This document shows positions 37,147 to 51,218 of a stretch of 64,000 nucleotides of DNA, in pieces (position 1 is the first letter of the stretch; the number at the start of each line of letters is the position of its first letter). Both the position numbers and the translations under genes were made by a program. The notes under the pieces are model-generated. The model did not search any database. It was not told where the DNA came from and worked only from the letters and a program-made list of their open reading frames with translations. Origin of the DNA: Patescibacteria group bacterium (GTDB taxonomy: Bacteria; Patescibacteriota; Patescibacteriia; Patescibacteriales; UBA12465); contig JALNZW010000001.1 of assembly GCA_023229115.1 (NCBI GenBank), positions 6,861 to 70,860 of the forward strand, given 5' to 3'.

Positions 37147-38193
37147 ATGGGAATATTTTCATCTTCCAATGATAATCATTTTTTAGGTATAGATATTGGC
37201 AATTCATCTTTAAAGATGGTTGAATTATTAAAAAAAGGAAAGAAAATTTCTTTATCTAATTATGGTTTTTCAGAGAATATTGAGGGAGCCGATTTTACTT
37301 ACTCCGATGATGTTGTTTTTTTGGCTAAATCAATAGTTAAACTTAAAAATGAATTAGGTATAAAAACTACCAAGGCAAATGCTTCTCTTCCTAGTTGGTC
37401 TGTTTTTTCTTCTGTTATTAATCTTTATAACTTTGATAAAAAGAAAATTAATGAACAGGTTATAAAAGAGGCCAAAAAAGTTATTCCATTACCCCTAGAT
37501 GAGATGGTTTTAGACTGGAAAATTATTCCTAATAAAACTAGTGGCAGTAGTAATGTTAAAGTTTTTTTAACTGGTTCCCCTAAAAAGCTTATAAAAAAAT
37601 ATATTGATGTTTTTAAGGAGGCTAAGTTAACTTTGGCTAATCTAGAGACTGAAACATTTTCTTTAATCAGAGCTTTATTGGGCAATGATCCAGCCACGGT
37701 AATGATTGTGGAGATGGGCGAAAATAGCACTGACTTTTCTATAGTTAAAGAAAGTATTCCTTTTTTAAATAGAAGTATAAATATTTCCGGTAAAAGTATT
37801 ACTAACGAAATTAGCGCTAAAATGGGAATTAGCCCAGAACAAGCAGAACAATTTAAATTTGACTTGGGCATGTCCAAAGATGAGCAAAAAAAGGATATTC
37901 CTAAAGTTGTTTTAGATGCTATTAATCCTGTTGTTGATGAAATAAAATACATGATTGATCTTTTTTATAATGGTAATAATGAAAATATTGAAAAAATAGT
38001 TTTATCTGGTGGTGGTTGTTTGTTGTATGATTTTTCTGATTATTTAGAAAAAATATTAGACATGAGAGTTGTAATCGGTAATCCTTGGTTTAAGGTGACT
38101 TATCCTCCAGAAATTGAAACAGTTTTATCAGAGGTTGGACCAAAACTTTCAGTGGCAACTGGTTTAGCCTTGAGAGGGGCCGATAAAAATTAA
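37147..38193 (+). CDS. pilM: type IV pilus assembly protein PilM
   Basis: Actin-like ATPase fold pattern (LGIDIGNSSLKMVEL ... VLSGGG) in the first position of the pilus operon. Confidence 0.85.
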   Translation: MGIFSSSNDNHFLGIDIGNSSLKMVELLKKGKKISLSNYGFSENIEGADFTYSDDVVFLAKSIVKLKNELGIKTTKANASLPSWSVFSSVINLYNFDKKKINEQVIKEAKKVIPLPLDEMVLDWKIIPNKTSGSSNVKVFLTGSPKKLIKKYIDVFKEAKLTLANLETETFSLIRALLGNDPATVMIVEMGENSTDFSIVKESIPFLNRSINISGKSITNEISAKMGISPEQAEQFKFDLGMSKDEQKKDIPKVVLDAINPVVDEIKYMIDLFYNGNNENIEKIVLSGGGCLLYDFSDYLEKILDMRVVIGNPWFKVTYPPEIETVLSEVGPKLSVATGLALRGADKN

Positions 38194-38204
38194 TTTTTTA
38201 AAAT

Positions 38205-38993
38205 ATGGATAAAGATAATAAAAAAAAGCCAGACTTTAAGGATGATAAAATTAATAAAGACGAAAAACCAAGTGACAACCTCGAAAAAAAGGATGACTTA
38301 AACAAAAAAGATAAAAAGGAGAAAAAAGAAAATAAGAAGGAGTCTTTTTCTTTTATTAAATCTCTCTGGTCTAAAATAAAAAATAGAAAAATAAAAGCAG
38401 AAGATGATCTTGATAATCTGCACTTATTGGAATCGGACTTGATTAAGGGGGAGGTTCCAATTTATTTTGAACTAAACAAGCATTTAATTGCTTTTTTTGC
38501 TTTATTGTTGGTTTCTTTTGTTTTAATTATGGAGTTGTATTTTTTATTATCTTGGTGGGAGAAAAATAGAAGTATTGAAAATTCTTATTATTTGCAAGAT
38601 GAAATTTCAGTTGTTAATAAAGAAAAGAGTGAATTGGAACAAAAATATGTTGAGGTTTTTAATTTTAAAAATAAAATGAGCAGTTCTTTTTCTGTTTTAG
38701 ATAAGCATACTTATTGGACTAGATTTTTTTCTTTCTTAGAACAAAATACTTTAAAAAATGTTTATTTTAAAAAATTTAGTGGAGATATTGGCGGTTCATA
38801 TATTTTGCCATCGGTTACTGACGATGTTCGAGCTATTAGTTATCAGTCAAAATATTTTTCAGCTGATAGAAGAGCTGTTAATGTTTTTATTTCTGATGAA
38901 GAAATTGGTGAAGGGGGAATCGGACCTGACTCTGGTTTTGTCAATTTCAATATTAATCTTAATTTAGATCCTAAAACATTTACCAACTTTTAA
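38205..38993 (+). CDS. PilN-like bitopic membrane protein
   Basis: Lys-rich N-terminus and a single TM (LIAFFALLLVSFVLIMELYFLL). Its position is after pilM. Confidence 0.5.
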   Translation: MDKDNKKKPDFKDDKINKDEKPSDNLEKKDDLNKKDKKEKKENKKESFSFIKSLWSKIKNRKIKAEDDLDNLHLLESDLIKGEVPIYFELNKHLIAFFALLLVSFVLIMELYFLLSWWEKNRSIENSYYLQDEISVVNKEKSELEQKYVEVFNFKNKMSSSFSVLDKHTYWTRFFSFLEQNTLKNVYFKKFSGDIGGSYILPSVTDDVRAISYQSKYFSADRRAVNVFISDEEIGEGGIGPDSGFVNFNINLNLDPKTFTNF

Positions 38994-38994
38994 T

Positions 38995-39711
38995 ATGGAA
39001 AATAATAAAAATTTTAAAAAAGAACAAGAAGAGCAATTGGAAAAAAAAGCTTCTTCTAATAGAAGGATAAAAAATAAAATAAATTCTTTTCTTAATAATA
39101 ATTTTCAATATTTTTCTTTTTTGATGTTGTTTTTTGTATTTTGGTTTTCCTTTAATTATATTTTGCTTCCAAAATATGAGAAAGTTGTTATGACTTCTAA
39201 TGAAGTTTTAGAAACAAAGAAGAAAATGTTTATTGATGAATATAGAGAATTAGTTTCCTACAAAAGAAATATTGAGGTTTTTGAAGGTATTAGTCAGGAT
39301 GATATTGATAAAATAAATAAAATGGTACCAGGAAGTACTCCCAAGGATGATATTTTTATGGAATTTGCTTATTTTTTGATGAAAAATAATTTTAATATTA
39401 AAGCCTTAAAAGTTTCTGACCCTTTAGAGCTTTCATCTGCTTCTCAGCCTGGGTCAAGAAGAACTATGGTTGCTCCCGGCAGTAATTTAGAAATTGATTC
39501 AAGGCTAACTCAAATAACTTATTCTTTGCCCTCCAACATTGGTTCTTGGTTGATAAAAGCTGAAATTTCTGGCGTTAATTACGTTGATTTGAAGTATTTA
39601 TTGGATATTATTGAAAATAATTTGAAAATCACAGATGTTATATATTTGGATTTTGATCCAGTAAGTAAAACAGTTAAGTTTGATGCTTTAACCTATTATT
39701 TTAAAAATTAA
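38995..39711 (+). CDS. PilO-like bitopic membrane protein
   Basis: Single TM followed by a coiled-coil. The call is by synteny. Confidence 0.45.
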   Translation: MENNKNFKKEQEEQLEKKASSNRRIKNKINSFLNNNFQYFSFLMLFFVFWFSFNYILLPKYEKVVMTSNEVLETKKKMFIDEYRELVSYKRNIEVFEGISQDDIDKINKMVPGSTPKDDIFMEFAYFLMKNNFNIKALKVSDPLELSSASQPGSRRTMVAPGSNLEIDSRLTQITYSLPSNIGSWLIKAEISGVNYVDLKYLLDIIENNLKITDVIYLDFDPVSKTVKFDALTYYFKN

Positions 39712-39739
39712 TTTATTATTTTTTTAAGAATATTTTTTT

Positions 39740-40138
39740 ATGAGTAAATTATACAAAATAGTTTTTATTATAATTATTTCTTTGTTGGCAGTTTTGAATG
39801 TTATTTTTTTGATTTATAATAAAAAAATAGCTAGTTATTTTAAGTTTAGTGTTGATGTTGAAAAACCCGAACTTATAATGAAAGAAATAGAGAAGGAAGC
39901 TAGCGATAGTTTTTTTGATTTAAGTCGTCTTTCCAATCCTAAATTTTTAAATTTAAAAGAATTCCAAGTAGACTTGACTGGATTTAACTTACCGGGCGAC
40001 TTAGCTGAAGGTGATTCTATTTTTGATGAAGGTGAAGAGCCTTTAGGGGAAGATCCTTTAATTCCCTCTGATCCAGAAATAGAAATTCCAGCTTTTGAAG
40101 TTGGTAATGATAATCCTTTTAGTCCTATTAAAAAATAA
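39740..40138 (+). CDS. small bitopic pilus-cluster protein with acidic/Pro-rich tail
   Basis: N-terminal TM. The call is by synteny between the pilO-like gene and pilB. Confidence 0.45.
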   Translation: MSKLYKIVFIIIISLLAVLNVIFLIYNKKIASYFKFSVDVEKPELIMKEIEKEASDSFFDLSRLSNPKFLNLKEFQVDLTGFNLPGDLAEGDSIFDEGEEPLGEDPLIPSDPEIEIPAFEVGNDNPFSPIKK

Positions 40139-40155
40139 GTTTTTTAAGATATATT

Positions 40156-41931
40156 ATGTTCAATAATAAGAAGTTCTTAAGTTTACTAAAAATAAAGAAG
40201 ATACTTCCAGACGATAAATTTTTGGAATTGGAGAATTTATCCAATAAAGATAAAAATTTTAATTTGGAAGATTTTTTAATTAGGCAAAAATATTTAAATA
40301 ATGAAGACTTGGTGAAGGTTAAAGCAGAGGTTTATAATCTGCCTTACAGAAATCTAGTTGATGAAAAAATTCCTGATAATTTTTTAGAAACAATAAGTGA
40401 AGATTTATCTAAAAATTATTTAGCTATTTGTTTCTTGGTAGACGAGCAAAAAATGAGTATTGGTTTGGTTGAGCCTAATTTAAAGGCAATGGAGGCTTTA
40501 AATTTTTTGGCCAATGGAAAAAAACTAAAAGTTGAATACTATTTGATATCTAAAAATAGTTTTAATTCAGCTTTTAGGCAATATAAAAAGATGGAAGAAG
40601 AGATTTCTTCTGCTTTGGAAATTAAATCAAAATCAGAGGGAGGGGAGGATTTGGTTCAAGTAAAAAGAGAGGATGACAAGGAAGACTTGAATGTTGATGA
40701 TGCTAACAGTGCTCCAGTTGCCAAAATAGTTTCTGTTATTATTAAAAATGCCATTGATAGTCGTGCTAGTGATATTCATGTTGAGCCTTATGAAGGCGAG
40801 AGTCGTGTTCGTTATAGAATTGATGGTATTTTAAAAAATGCTTTATTTTTACCTAAAAATATTCATGGAGCTGTGGTGGCTAGAATTAAGGTTATGGCCA
40901 AAATGAAACTTGACGAAACTCGTGTTCCTCAGGATGGACGTATTGTATTGGTTCTAGATAATCGTGAGATAGATTTTCGTATTTCTACCTTGCCGGTCGG
41001 TAGTGGCAAAGAGAAGGTTGTTATGCGTATTTTGGATACAGCTAAAGGTGTTATTGGTTTGGATGAGTTAGGTTTTAATTCTTATGTTTTAGATGTTTTT
41101 AGAAAGAATGTTAAAAAAACTAATGGTATTATTTTGGTAACTGGTCCAACTGGTTCTGGTAAAACAACCACGCTTTATTCAATTCTAAATATTTTAAATA
41201 AAGAAGGAGTTAATATTTCCACCTTAGAAGATCCGATTGAGTATCAATTAAAAGGTATTAATCAGTCTCAGATAAGGCCTAAAATAGGTTATTCTTTCGC
41301 CACTGGTCTTAGGTCTCTGGTTCGTCAAGATCCCGATGTTATTATGGTGGGTGAAATCAGAGACGAAGAAACGGTAGAACTTTCAATTCATGCTGGTCTT
41401 ACTGGTCATTTAGTTTTATCTACTATTCATACCAATGATGCTATTGGAACAATTTTTCGTTTAATAGATATGAAAGCCGAACCGGTTCTTCTTTGTTCTA
41501 TTTTAAGAATAGTTATTGCCCAACGTTTAAGTAGAAGATTGTGTGAGAATTGCAAAAAAGAAGCTGACAAGGAATATCGGGAGAAATTCATGAACGATGC
41601 TCTTGCGATTATTAAAGACGTCGATCTTGATCGTTTAAAACAGGAGCTTCCTGGAATAAATGGTCTTGATGATATAAAAAATATAAAAATATATCAACCA
41701 GTTGGTTGTTCTAAGTGCCAAAACAGTGGTTATTTGGATCGTGTTTCTATTGGAGAAGTTATTGAAATAGATGATAATCTAAAAGATATAATTATGAATA
41801 AAATAACTAGTTTAAATGTTGAAAATATTAGAAAAAGTCAAAAATTTGTATCGTTAAAGCAGGACGGTTTTCTTAAAGTATTAAAAGGAATAACTAATAT
41901 CGAAGAAGTTCTTAGAGTTATTGAAATGTAA
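40156..41931 (+). CDS. pilB: type IV pilus assembly ATPase PilB (GspE family)
   Basis: Walker A GPTGSGKTTT, Asp box, Walker B VIMVGEIRD, His box, and a tetracysteine motif (CENC...CSKC). Confidence 0.95.
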   Translation: MFNNKKFLSLLKIKKILPDDKFLELENLSNKDKNFNLEDFLIRQKYLNNEDLVKVKAEVYNLPYRNLVDEKIPDNFLETISEDLSKNYLAICFLVDEQKMSIGLVEPNLKAMEALNFLANGKKLKVEYYLISKNSFNSAFRQYKKMEEEISSALEIKSKSEGGEDLVQVKREDDKEDLNVDDANSAPVAKIVSVIIKNAIDSRASDIHVEPYEGESRVRYRIDGILKNALFLPKNIHGAVVARIKVMAKMKLDETRVPQDGRIVLVLDNREIDFRISTLPVGSGKEKVVMRILDTAKGVIGLDELGFNSYVLDVFRKNVKKTNGIILVTGPTGSGKTTTLYSILNILNKEGVNISTLEDPIEYQLKGINQSQIRPKIGYSFATGLRSLVRQDPDVIMVGEIRDEETVELSIHAGLTGHLVLSTIHTNDAIGTIFRLIDMKAEPVLLCSILRIVIAQRLSRRLCENCKKEADKEYREKFMNDALAIIKDVDLDRLKQELPGINGLDDIKNIKIYQPVGCSKCQNSGYLDRVSIGEVIEIDDNLKDIIMNKITSLNVENIRKSQKFVSLKQDGFLKVLKGITNIEEVLRVIEM

Positions 41932-41941
41932 TTAAAAAAAT

Positions 41942-43147
41942 ATGCCTATTTTTAGATATAAAGCCAAAAATAATAAGGGTAAAACCAAAGTTGGTAAAGT
42001 TATTGCCTTAAGTGAGGGTGATGCTCTTAAAAGGTTGAGTAAAAAATTATTAAATGTTAGCAAGATAGATGATATATCTAATTCTTTGGAAATAAAGATA
42101 AATGAAAAGCTTAGTCCTGTCAAGAATAAGGATTTGGTTGTTTTCTCGAGACAGTTTGCTGTTATGATTTCTGCTCACGTTACCATCACAGAAGCACTGT
42201 ATACAATAATTGAACAGACAGAAAATGATCATTTTAGAAATATAATCTCTAAAATAGCTTATGAGGTTGATGGTGGAGCTCTTTTGTCAGACGCTTTAAA
42301 ACAATATAATAGGATTTTTTCTGATTTTTATTGCAATATAATCAAGGCCGGTGAAACTTCTGGTAAATTAGACGAAGTTTTAAATTACTTGGCCGATGAA
42401 ATGGAGAAAGACTATGACATGTTAAAGAAGTTCAAAGGTGCCATGATTTATCCAGCCTTCATTTTGGCTGGTTTGTTAGGAGTGGGTGTCGTTTTTATCT
42501 TTTTTGTTTTACCAGAATTAACAACCATGCTTCAAGAAACTGGAGCTGTTTTGCCACTGCCAACTAGAATAGTTATTGGGATAACTGAGTTTGGGCAAAA
42601 ATATTATTTATTGCTCATTGCTCTTTTGATAGCCTTTATAATCGCTTTTAGAGCCTTCCTTAAAACTAAACTTGGTAAAAAAACTTTTGATTATTTTCTT
42701 TTAAAGGTTCCCTCTATTGGAAAGTTATTTCAATTAATTTATTTAGTTAGATTTTGTAGATCGCTTAGTACTTTATTGAGGGGCGGTGTTAGCATGAATA
42801 AAAGTTTGGTTATTGTTGGTGATATTATTAAAAATACAGCTTATAAGGATATAATTGAAGAAACTATTGATAATGTTAGTGAAGGAGGTTCAATTATCAG
42901 TGCCTTGGAGGATAGTGTTTATGTTCCCAAGATGATTCCGGAAATGATGTCAGTTGGTGAAAAGACTGGTAAGCTTGATGATATCTTAGAGGAGGTAGCT
43001 AAGTTTTATGATAAAGATGTTAGAAATCAATTAAATAATATTAGCGCCATTATAGAGCCAGTTATTATGGTTATCATGGGTCTTGGTGTTGGTATCATGG
43101 TGGCGGCTATAATTTTACCGATGTATAATATGGCTAGTCAGTTTTAA
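41942..43147 (+). CDS. pilC: type IV pilus platform protein PilC (GspF family)
   Basis: Two T2SS_F repeats and a conserved C-terminus, EPVIMVIMGLGVGIMVAAIILPMY. Confidence 0.95.
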   Translation: MPIFRYKAKNNKGKTKVGKVIALSEGDALKRLSKKLLNVSKIDDISNSLEIKINEKLSPVKNKDLVVFSRQFAVMISAHVTITEALYTIIEQTENDHFRNIISKIAYEVDGGALLSDALKQYNRIFSDFYCNIIKAGETSGKLDEVLNYLADEMEKDYDMLKKFKGAMIYPAFILAGLLGVGVVFIFFVLPELTTMLQETGAVLPLPTRIVIGITEFGQKYYLLLIALLIAFIIAFRAFLKTKLGKKTFDYFLLKVPSIGKLFQLIYLVRFCRSLSTLLRGGVSMNKSLVIVGDIIKNTAYKDIIEETIDNVSEGGSIISALEDSVYVPKMIPEMMSVGEKTGKLDDILEEVAKFYDKDVRNQLNNISAIIEPVIMVIMGLGVGIMVAAIILPMYNMASQF

Positions 43148-43152
43148 TAAAT

Positions 43153-44163
43153 ATGGAAAAAGAAAGTATTGAATTTTTAAGTAGAGAAAATTTTGAAAAT
43201 ATAGATAATGCAGAATTTGCCGGTTTGTCCGGTTTTTTTGGCAAAAAAAGTTTTTTGCAGTCATCTTTTTGGGGGTTTGTTCAAGAATCTTATGGTCGTA
43301 AGTGTCATTATCTTTCAGTCAAAAAGGGTGGTTCTGTTGTTGGTTTAGCCATGGTAATTGAAATTTCTTTTTTGGCTAATAAATTTAAATATTGGTATTT
43401 ACCTAGGGGTCCAATATTTAAGAATGATCTTGAAAATAGTTTAAAGGAAAGTGTCTTACTTTCTTTAAGGGAAGAGGCCATGAAAAAAGGCGTTGTTTTT
43501 CTTCGATTAGAATTTTCGGATCATTTTTTGTCTAGAAGTAGTTTTTTAAAAAAAACGAAAGATGTTCAACCTTCTAAAACTATTTTTATAGATTTGAGAA
43601 AGGATTTGGCAGAAATTTTGGCCAACATGAAACAAAAAACAAGGTATAATATTAGACTGGCCGAAAAAAAAGAAGTTGTCGCCTTGGAGGAGACAGATAA
43701 GGATAAAGCTTTTGTTAATTTTTGGGATTTAATAAGACAAACTTCAGTTCGAGATGATTTTTCCATTCACGATAAAGATTATTATTATAATTTAATTACA
43801 TCAGGCGGTAAGAATATCAGAGTTTTTGAGGCTAGTTATGAAAAACAGGTTGTTGCCTCTGGAATTTTCTGTTTTCATAAAGATTGTGTTTCTTATTTAC
43901 ATGGCGCTTCCTCTGATAGTCAAAGAAATGTAATGGGACCCTATCTTTTACATTTTTATTTAATAAAATTAGCCAAGGAAAATAATTTTTCTTTTTATGA
44001 TTTTTATGGAGTTGATGATTTAAAGTGGCCAGGTGTTAGTCGGTTTAAGAAGGGGTTTGGTGGTGAAGATTTTGAATATCCAGGAACATTTGATTTAGTG
44101 GTAAATAATTTTTCTTATTTAGTTTATAAAACATTTAGATTTTTTAGGAGATTATTGTTTTAG
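43153..44163 (+). CDS. FemAB-family peptidoglycan interpeptide-bridge aminoacyltransferase
   Basis: FLQSSFWGFVQ, KTRYNIRLAEKK, YLHGASS and GVSRFKKGFGG patterns. Confidence 0.8.
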   Translation: MEKESIEFLSRENFENIDNAEFAGLSGFFGKKSFLQSSFWGFVQESYGRKCHYLSVKKGGSVVGLAMVIEISFLANKFKYWYLPRGPIFKNDLENSLKESVLLSLREEAMKKGVVFLRLEFSDHFLSRSSFLKKTKDVQPSKTIFIDLRKDLAEILANMKQKTRYNIRLAEKKEVVALEETDKDKAFVNFWDLIRQTSVRDDFSIHDKDYYYNLITSGGKNIRVFEASYEKQVVASGIFCFHKDCVSYLHGASSDSQRNVMGPYLLHFYLIKLAKENNFSFYDFYGVDDLKWPGVSRFKKGFGGEDFEYPGTFDLVVNNFSYLVYKTFRFFRRLLF

Positions 44164-44164
44164 T

Positions 44165-44566
44165 ATGACAATTGATATAAATAATTTAAGTAAAGACAGG
44201 CTTAATTTGAGTCGAATTAAATTAATAACAGAATTTTTTTCCAAGAAATATAAGCTTAAAGGTGACATCTCAATTGCTTTTATTGGTGATAAAAGAATGA
44301 GAGAGATAAACAAAGCTTATCGTGGTTTTGATAAAACAACAGATGTTTTGTCTTTTGAGGATTTAAATGAAGTGATTATAAATATTAAACAAATCAAAAG
44401 ACAAGCTAAAGAATTTAAAAAAACATTTCAGTCCGAACTTGATTTTATCCTGGTTCATGGTTTGTTGCACTTAGTTGGTTTTAGAGATGATTCGGAAAAA
44501 GATCGTTTAAAAATGATTTCTTTAGGTGATAAATTTTTGTCAAATTTTAATCTAAAAAAAGTATGA
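44165..44566 (+). CDS. ybeY: rRNA maturation endoribonuclease YbeY
   Basis: TDVLSF and HGLLHLVGFRDD motifs. The third zinc-ligand His of the usual GYDH appears to be replaced. Confidence 0.8.
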   Translation: MTIDINNLSKDRLNLSRIKLITEFFSKKYKLKGDISIAFIGDKRMREINKAYRGFDKTTDVLSFEDLNEVIINIKQIKRQAKEFKKTFQSELDFILVHGLLHLVGFRDDSEKDRLKMISLGDKFLSNFNLKKV

Positions 44567-45162
44567 AGAGAAATGCCTTTACTTTAATAGAAGCTTTAGT
44601 CAGTTTATCAATTATTATTATTCTTAGCTCTTTATTGGTGGCTAACTATAAAGTAGGAGAGGATTATTCTTCTTTAAATAATTTTCAAATTTCTCTTGTT
44701 TCCGACCTCGAATCTCTTAAGTGGAAAGCTTTAAATTTAGAGTATTATAATGATCAATTACCAGTTTATTGGGGCGCTAGTTTAAATTTGGCTTCTTCTT
44801 CTTATCAAATTTTTGCTGATTTAGATGGAGACATGTTAGTCGACAGCGATGAAATTAATCCCTCTTTTGGAGCTAAAGAATATTCCTCTGCCGGTAATAT
44901 TATTAGTAATATAAGTTTGTCTGATGAAGTGTTGATTCTATTTCCAACTGATTCTTTTTTTCCTTTTTTTTATGATGCCACCAATTATTCAACCTCAAGT
45001 TCTGATTTAATAATTGAATTAAAAAGTATTGAATCTAATATGGCCAAATTAGTGATTGCTAACCAGTTTGGCCTAAATGATGCTGAAGATTGTTCTTGTG
45101 GTGATTCTGGTAAATATTGTTGTTCCTTTTGTTCTGTTGGTTCTTCTTGCATCTCTTATTAA
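44563..45162 (+). CDS. type IV pilin-like protein with Cys/Ser-rich C-terminal tail
   Basis: Prepilin leader and N-methylation motif KRNAFTLIEALVS. The tail is CSCGDSGKYCCSFCSVGSSCISY. The ATGA start overlaps the ybeY stop. Confidence 0.75.
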   Translation: MKRNAFTLIEALVSLSIIIILSSLLVANYKVGEDYSSLNNFQISLVSDLESLKWKALNLEYYNDQLPVYWGASLNLASSSYQIFADLDGDMLVDSDEINPSFGAKEYSSAGNIISNISLSDEVLILFPTDSFFPFFYDATNYSTSSSDLIIELKSIESNMAKLVIANQFGLNDAEDCSCGDSGKYCCSFCSVGSSCISY

Positions 45163-45175
45163 TTATTTTTCTGTT

Positions 45176-45691
45176 ATGAAAAAGAAATCAAAAAATAAGA
45201 AAGCTTTTACTTTGATGGAAACAGTTGTCATCCTTTTTGTTTTGAGCGTTGGGCTTTTATCGATTATATCGCTAGTTAGAAAGAGCTTGTATTTCCAGAG
45301 TATTAAAAAAAATTTAGTGGTTGCTTCTTATTTATCACAAGAAGGAATAGAGCTGATGAAAAATATTAGAGATACTAATATTATTTTAGATTTAGATTAT
45401 GATTTGTGGGATGGAATATCGTCGGCCGGTGTTGGTGAATATACTTACAAGATTGATTATTATTCTTTAATTGCTACTAGTTGCCCAAGCATAGATCAGG
45501 CGATTTTGCAAAATGATGGTGGATTTTTTAGGCATTTAGATGGGGGAGAAGATACTATTTTTAAAAGACTGATAACTGTTAGGGCTGAAACTTTGGCTAG
45601 TACAATTGTTGAGTCTTGGGTTAGCTGGACGGATCGTGGTCAGAATTATGATTATAAATTAGAGACTGTTTTATATGATCTATCAAATTAA
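45176..45691 (+). CDS. type IV pilin-like (minor pilin) protein
   Basis: KKAFTLMETVVILFVLSVGLL is a prepilin motif. The start is set at ATG 45176. Confidence 0.75.
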   Translation: MKKKSKNKKAFTLMETVVILFVLSVGLLSIISLVRKSLYFQSIKKNLVVASYLSQEGIELMKNIRDTNIILDLDYDLWDGISSAGVGEYTYKIDYYSLIATSCPSIDQAILQNDGGFFRHLDGGEDTIFKRLITVRAETLASTIVESWVSWTDRGQNYDYKLETVLYDLSN

Positions 45692-46206
45692 AAAAAATAA
45701 AAAAGCTTTTACCTTAATAGAGATATTAGTTTCTATTTCAATTGTTTCTTTTGTGATTTTAGCAACAACTAGTATTTTCAGATCAACCATGAATAGCCAG
45801 AAAAAGTTGGTTATGGATTCAGCGGTCCTAAACGATATTAATTATTTTTTAAAATTAGCTACCGATAATATTAGAAATTCGGAGATTAGTGATGGATCGA
45901 TTTGTGGTATTGCAGCTGACAAATTTTTTGATGTTCAAGCAAATTTTATTGCTTTCATTAAAGATGGTCAGTGTCATTATTTTGAGGCAATAGATGATGA
46001 TGGGGTTATGAGATTGGTTATGTATACTGATTCTAAGGGAGAAAATTATATCACTAGTAAAAAAACAAATATTACTAGTTTTAATTTTGAGGTAGAGGAT
46101 TTTATTGAATTTGGTCAGCCTTTAGTTACAATATCTATTAAGGCAACACCAGTTGATGAGCCCGAAAATGATGTTCAGACTCAAACTAGTGTGTCAATTG
46201 ATTATT

Positions 46207-46214
<8 letters not shown>
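45675..46214 (+). CDS. type IV pilin-like (minor pilin) protein
   Basis: KKAFTLIEILVSISIVSF is a prepilin motif. Confidence 0.75.
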
Positions 46215-49721
<3,507 letters not shown>

Positions 49722-49722
<1 letters not shown>

Positions 49723-51191
49723 TGGAATATAATAAACTAACAATTAGTGAGCTTCATGATCTTTTGCAAGCTGGAAAGCTTAGTTCTTTGGATTTGACTG
49801 AGTTCTTTTTGGCTAGAATAGAGAAAATAGATAGTAGCTTAAAAGCTTGTATTAGTATTTTTAAGGAAGAGGCTAGACGGCAAGCTAAAAAAGCTGATGA
49901 AAGAATTGCTCAGGGTGAAAAAAATAAATTGTTAGGCATTCCTTATTTATGTAAAGACAATATTTTAACTAAGGGTTTAAAGACAACGGCTGCTTCTAAA
50001 ATGTTGGAAAATTATATTGCTCCTTACAATGCCACTGTTATAGAAAAATTAAATAATGAAGGAGCTGTTTTATTGGGTAAAACCAATTTAGATGAATTTG
50101 CTCATGGAGCTTCAACTGAGAATTCAGCCTTTTTTGTAACCAGAAATCCTTGGGATTTAGAAAGAGTTCCTGGTGGTAGTTCTGGCGGATCAGCAGCGGC
50201 TGTGTCTGCTGGCTTGTCTGTTTTTGCTTTAGGAAGTGATACTGGCGGTTCAATTCGTCAACCAGCTAGTTTTTGTGGGGTGAGTGGTTTGAAACCAAGT
50301 TATTCTCGCGTATCAAGATATGGTTTGATTTCCATGACATCTTCAACGGATGTTATCGGACCAATTACTAAAAATGTTGAAGACTCTGCCTTGGTCATGA
50401 ATGTTATTTCTGGCTTTGATCAAAATGATTTAAGTTCTTGTTCCTTGGAAATTGATGATTATCTTAAAAATTTAAATAAAAATTTAAAAGGTTTGAAATT
50501 GGGTGTGGAGTATAATTTTATTGATAGTCTAGATGTTAAAATGTCAGATCAAATCAAAAAATCATTAGCTGTTTTTGAATCCTTGGGAGTAGAAATTATT
50601 CCAATCTCTTTGCCTTATAACAAATATGCTGGTTCAGTTTATTATATAATAACTCCAGCTGAGATTAGCTCTAACTTAGCTAGGTTGGATGGAATTAGAT
50701 ATGGCTTTTCTTCTGATTTAAAAGTTGAGCAATCAAATAATAATTTAAATGATATTTATTTAAAAAATAGAGGACAGTCTTTCGGTGAAGAAGTTAAGCG
50801 TCGTGTAATTTTAGGAACCTATACTTTAAGCTCTGGTTATTTCGATGCTTATTATAAAAAAGCTATGGCTGTTAAAGAGAAGATAAAACGGGAATTTGAA
50901 AATATTTTTGAGACAGTAGATGCTGTTTTAACCCCCAGCTCTCCACACATTGCTTTTAAAGTTGGCGAACAAGTTGATGATCCGCTTAAAATGTATTTAG
51001 AAGATATTTTTGTTACCGGCCCTTCATTGGCTGGGCTTCCGGCTATATCTATACCAGCCGGTTTTGTTGATAATTTGCCAATTGGAATTCAATTATTTTC
51101 TAAAAAATTTAATGAAACTATTGTTTTGAATTTAGCCGATCAATTTCAGAAAAAAACAGATTATCACCAAAAAAATCCTAATATAAATTAG
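49722..51191 (+). CDS. gatA: Asp/Glu-tRNA amidotransferase subunit A
   Basis: Amidase signature GGSSGGSAAAV..GSDTGGSIRQPA. Confidence 0.97.
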
Positions 51192-51218
51192 TTTATAAAT
51201 ATAATTAATTTTAAAAAT

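Noticed and set aside
37425-37952. 175-aa ORF antisense to pilM. A similar 113-aa ORF at 36785-37126 is antisense to the TolB-like gene.
   Set aside because: Both lie entirely inside well-supported genes. Their S/L/I-rich low-complexity composition is typical of the mirror frame of AT-rich coding DNA, and neither has its own promoter or RBS context. They are treated as shadow ORFs, although 175 aa is long for this base composition.
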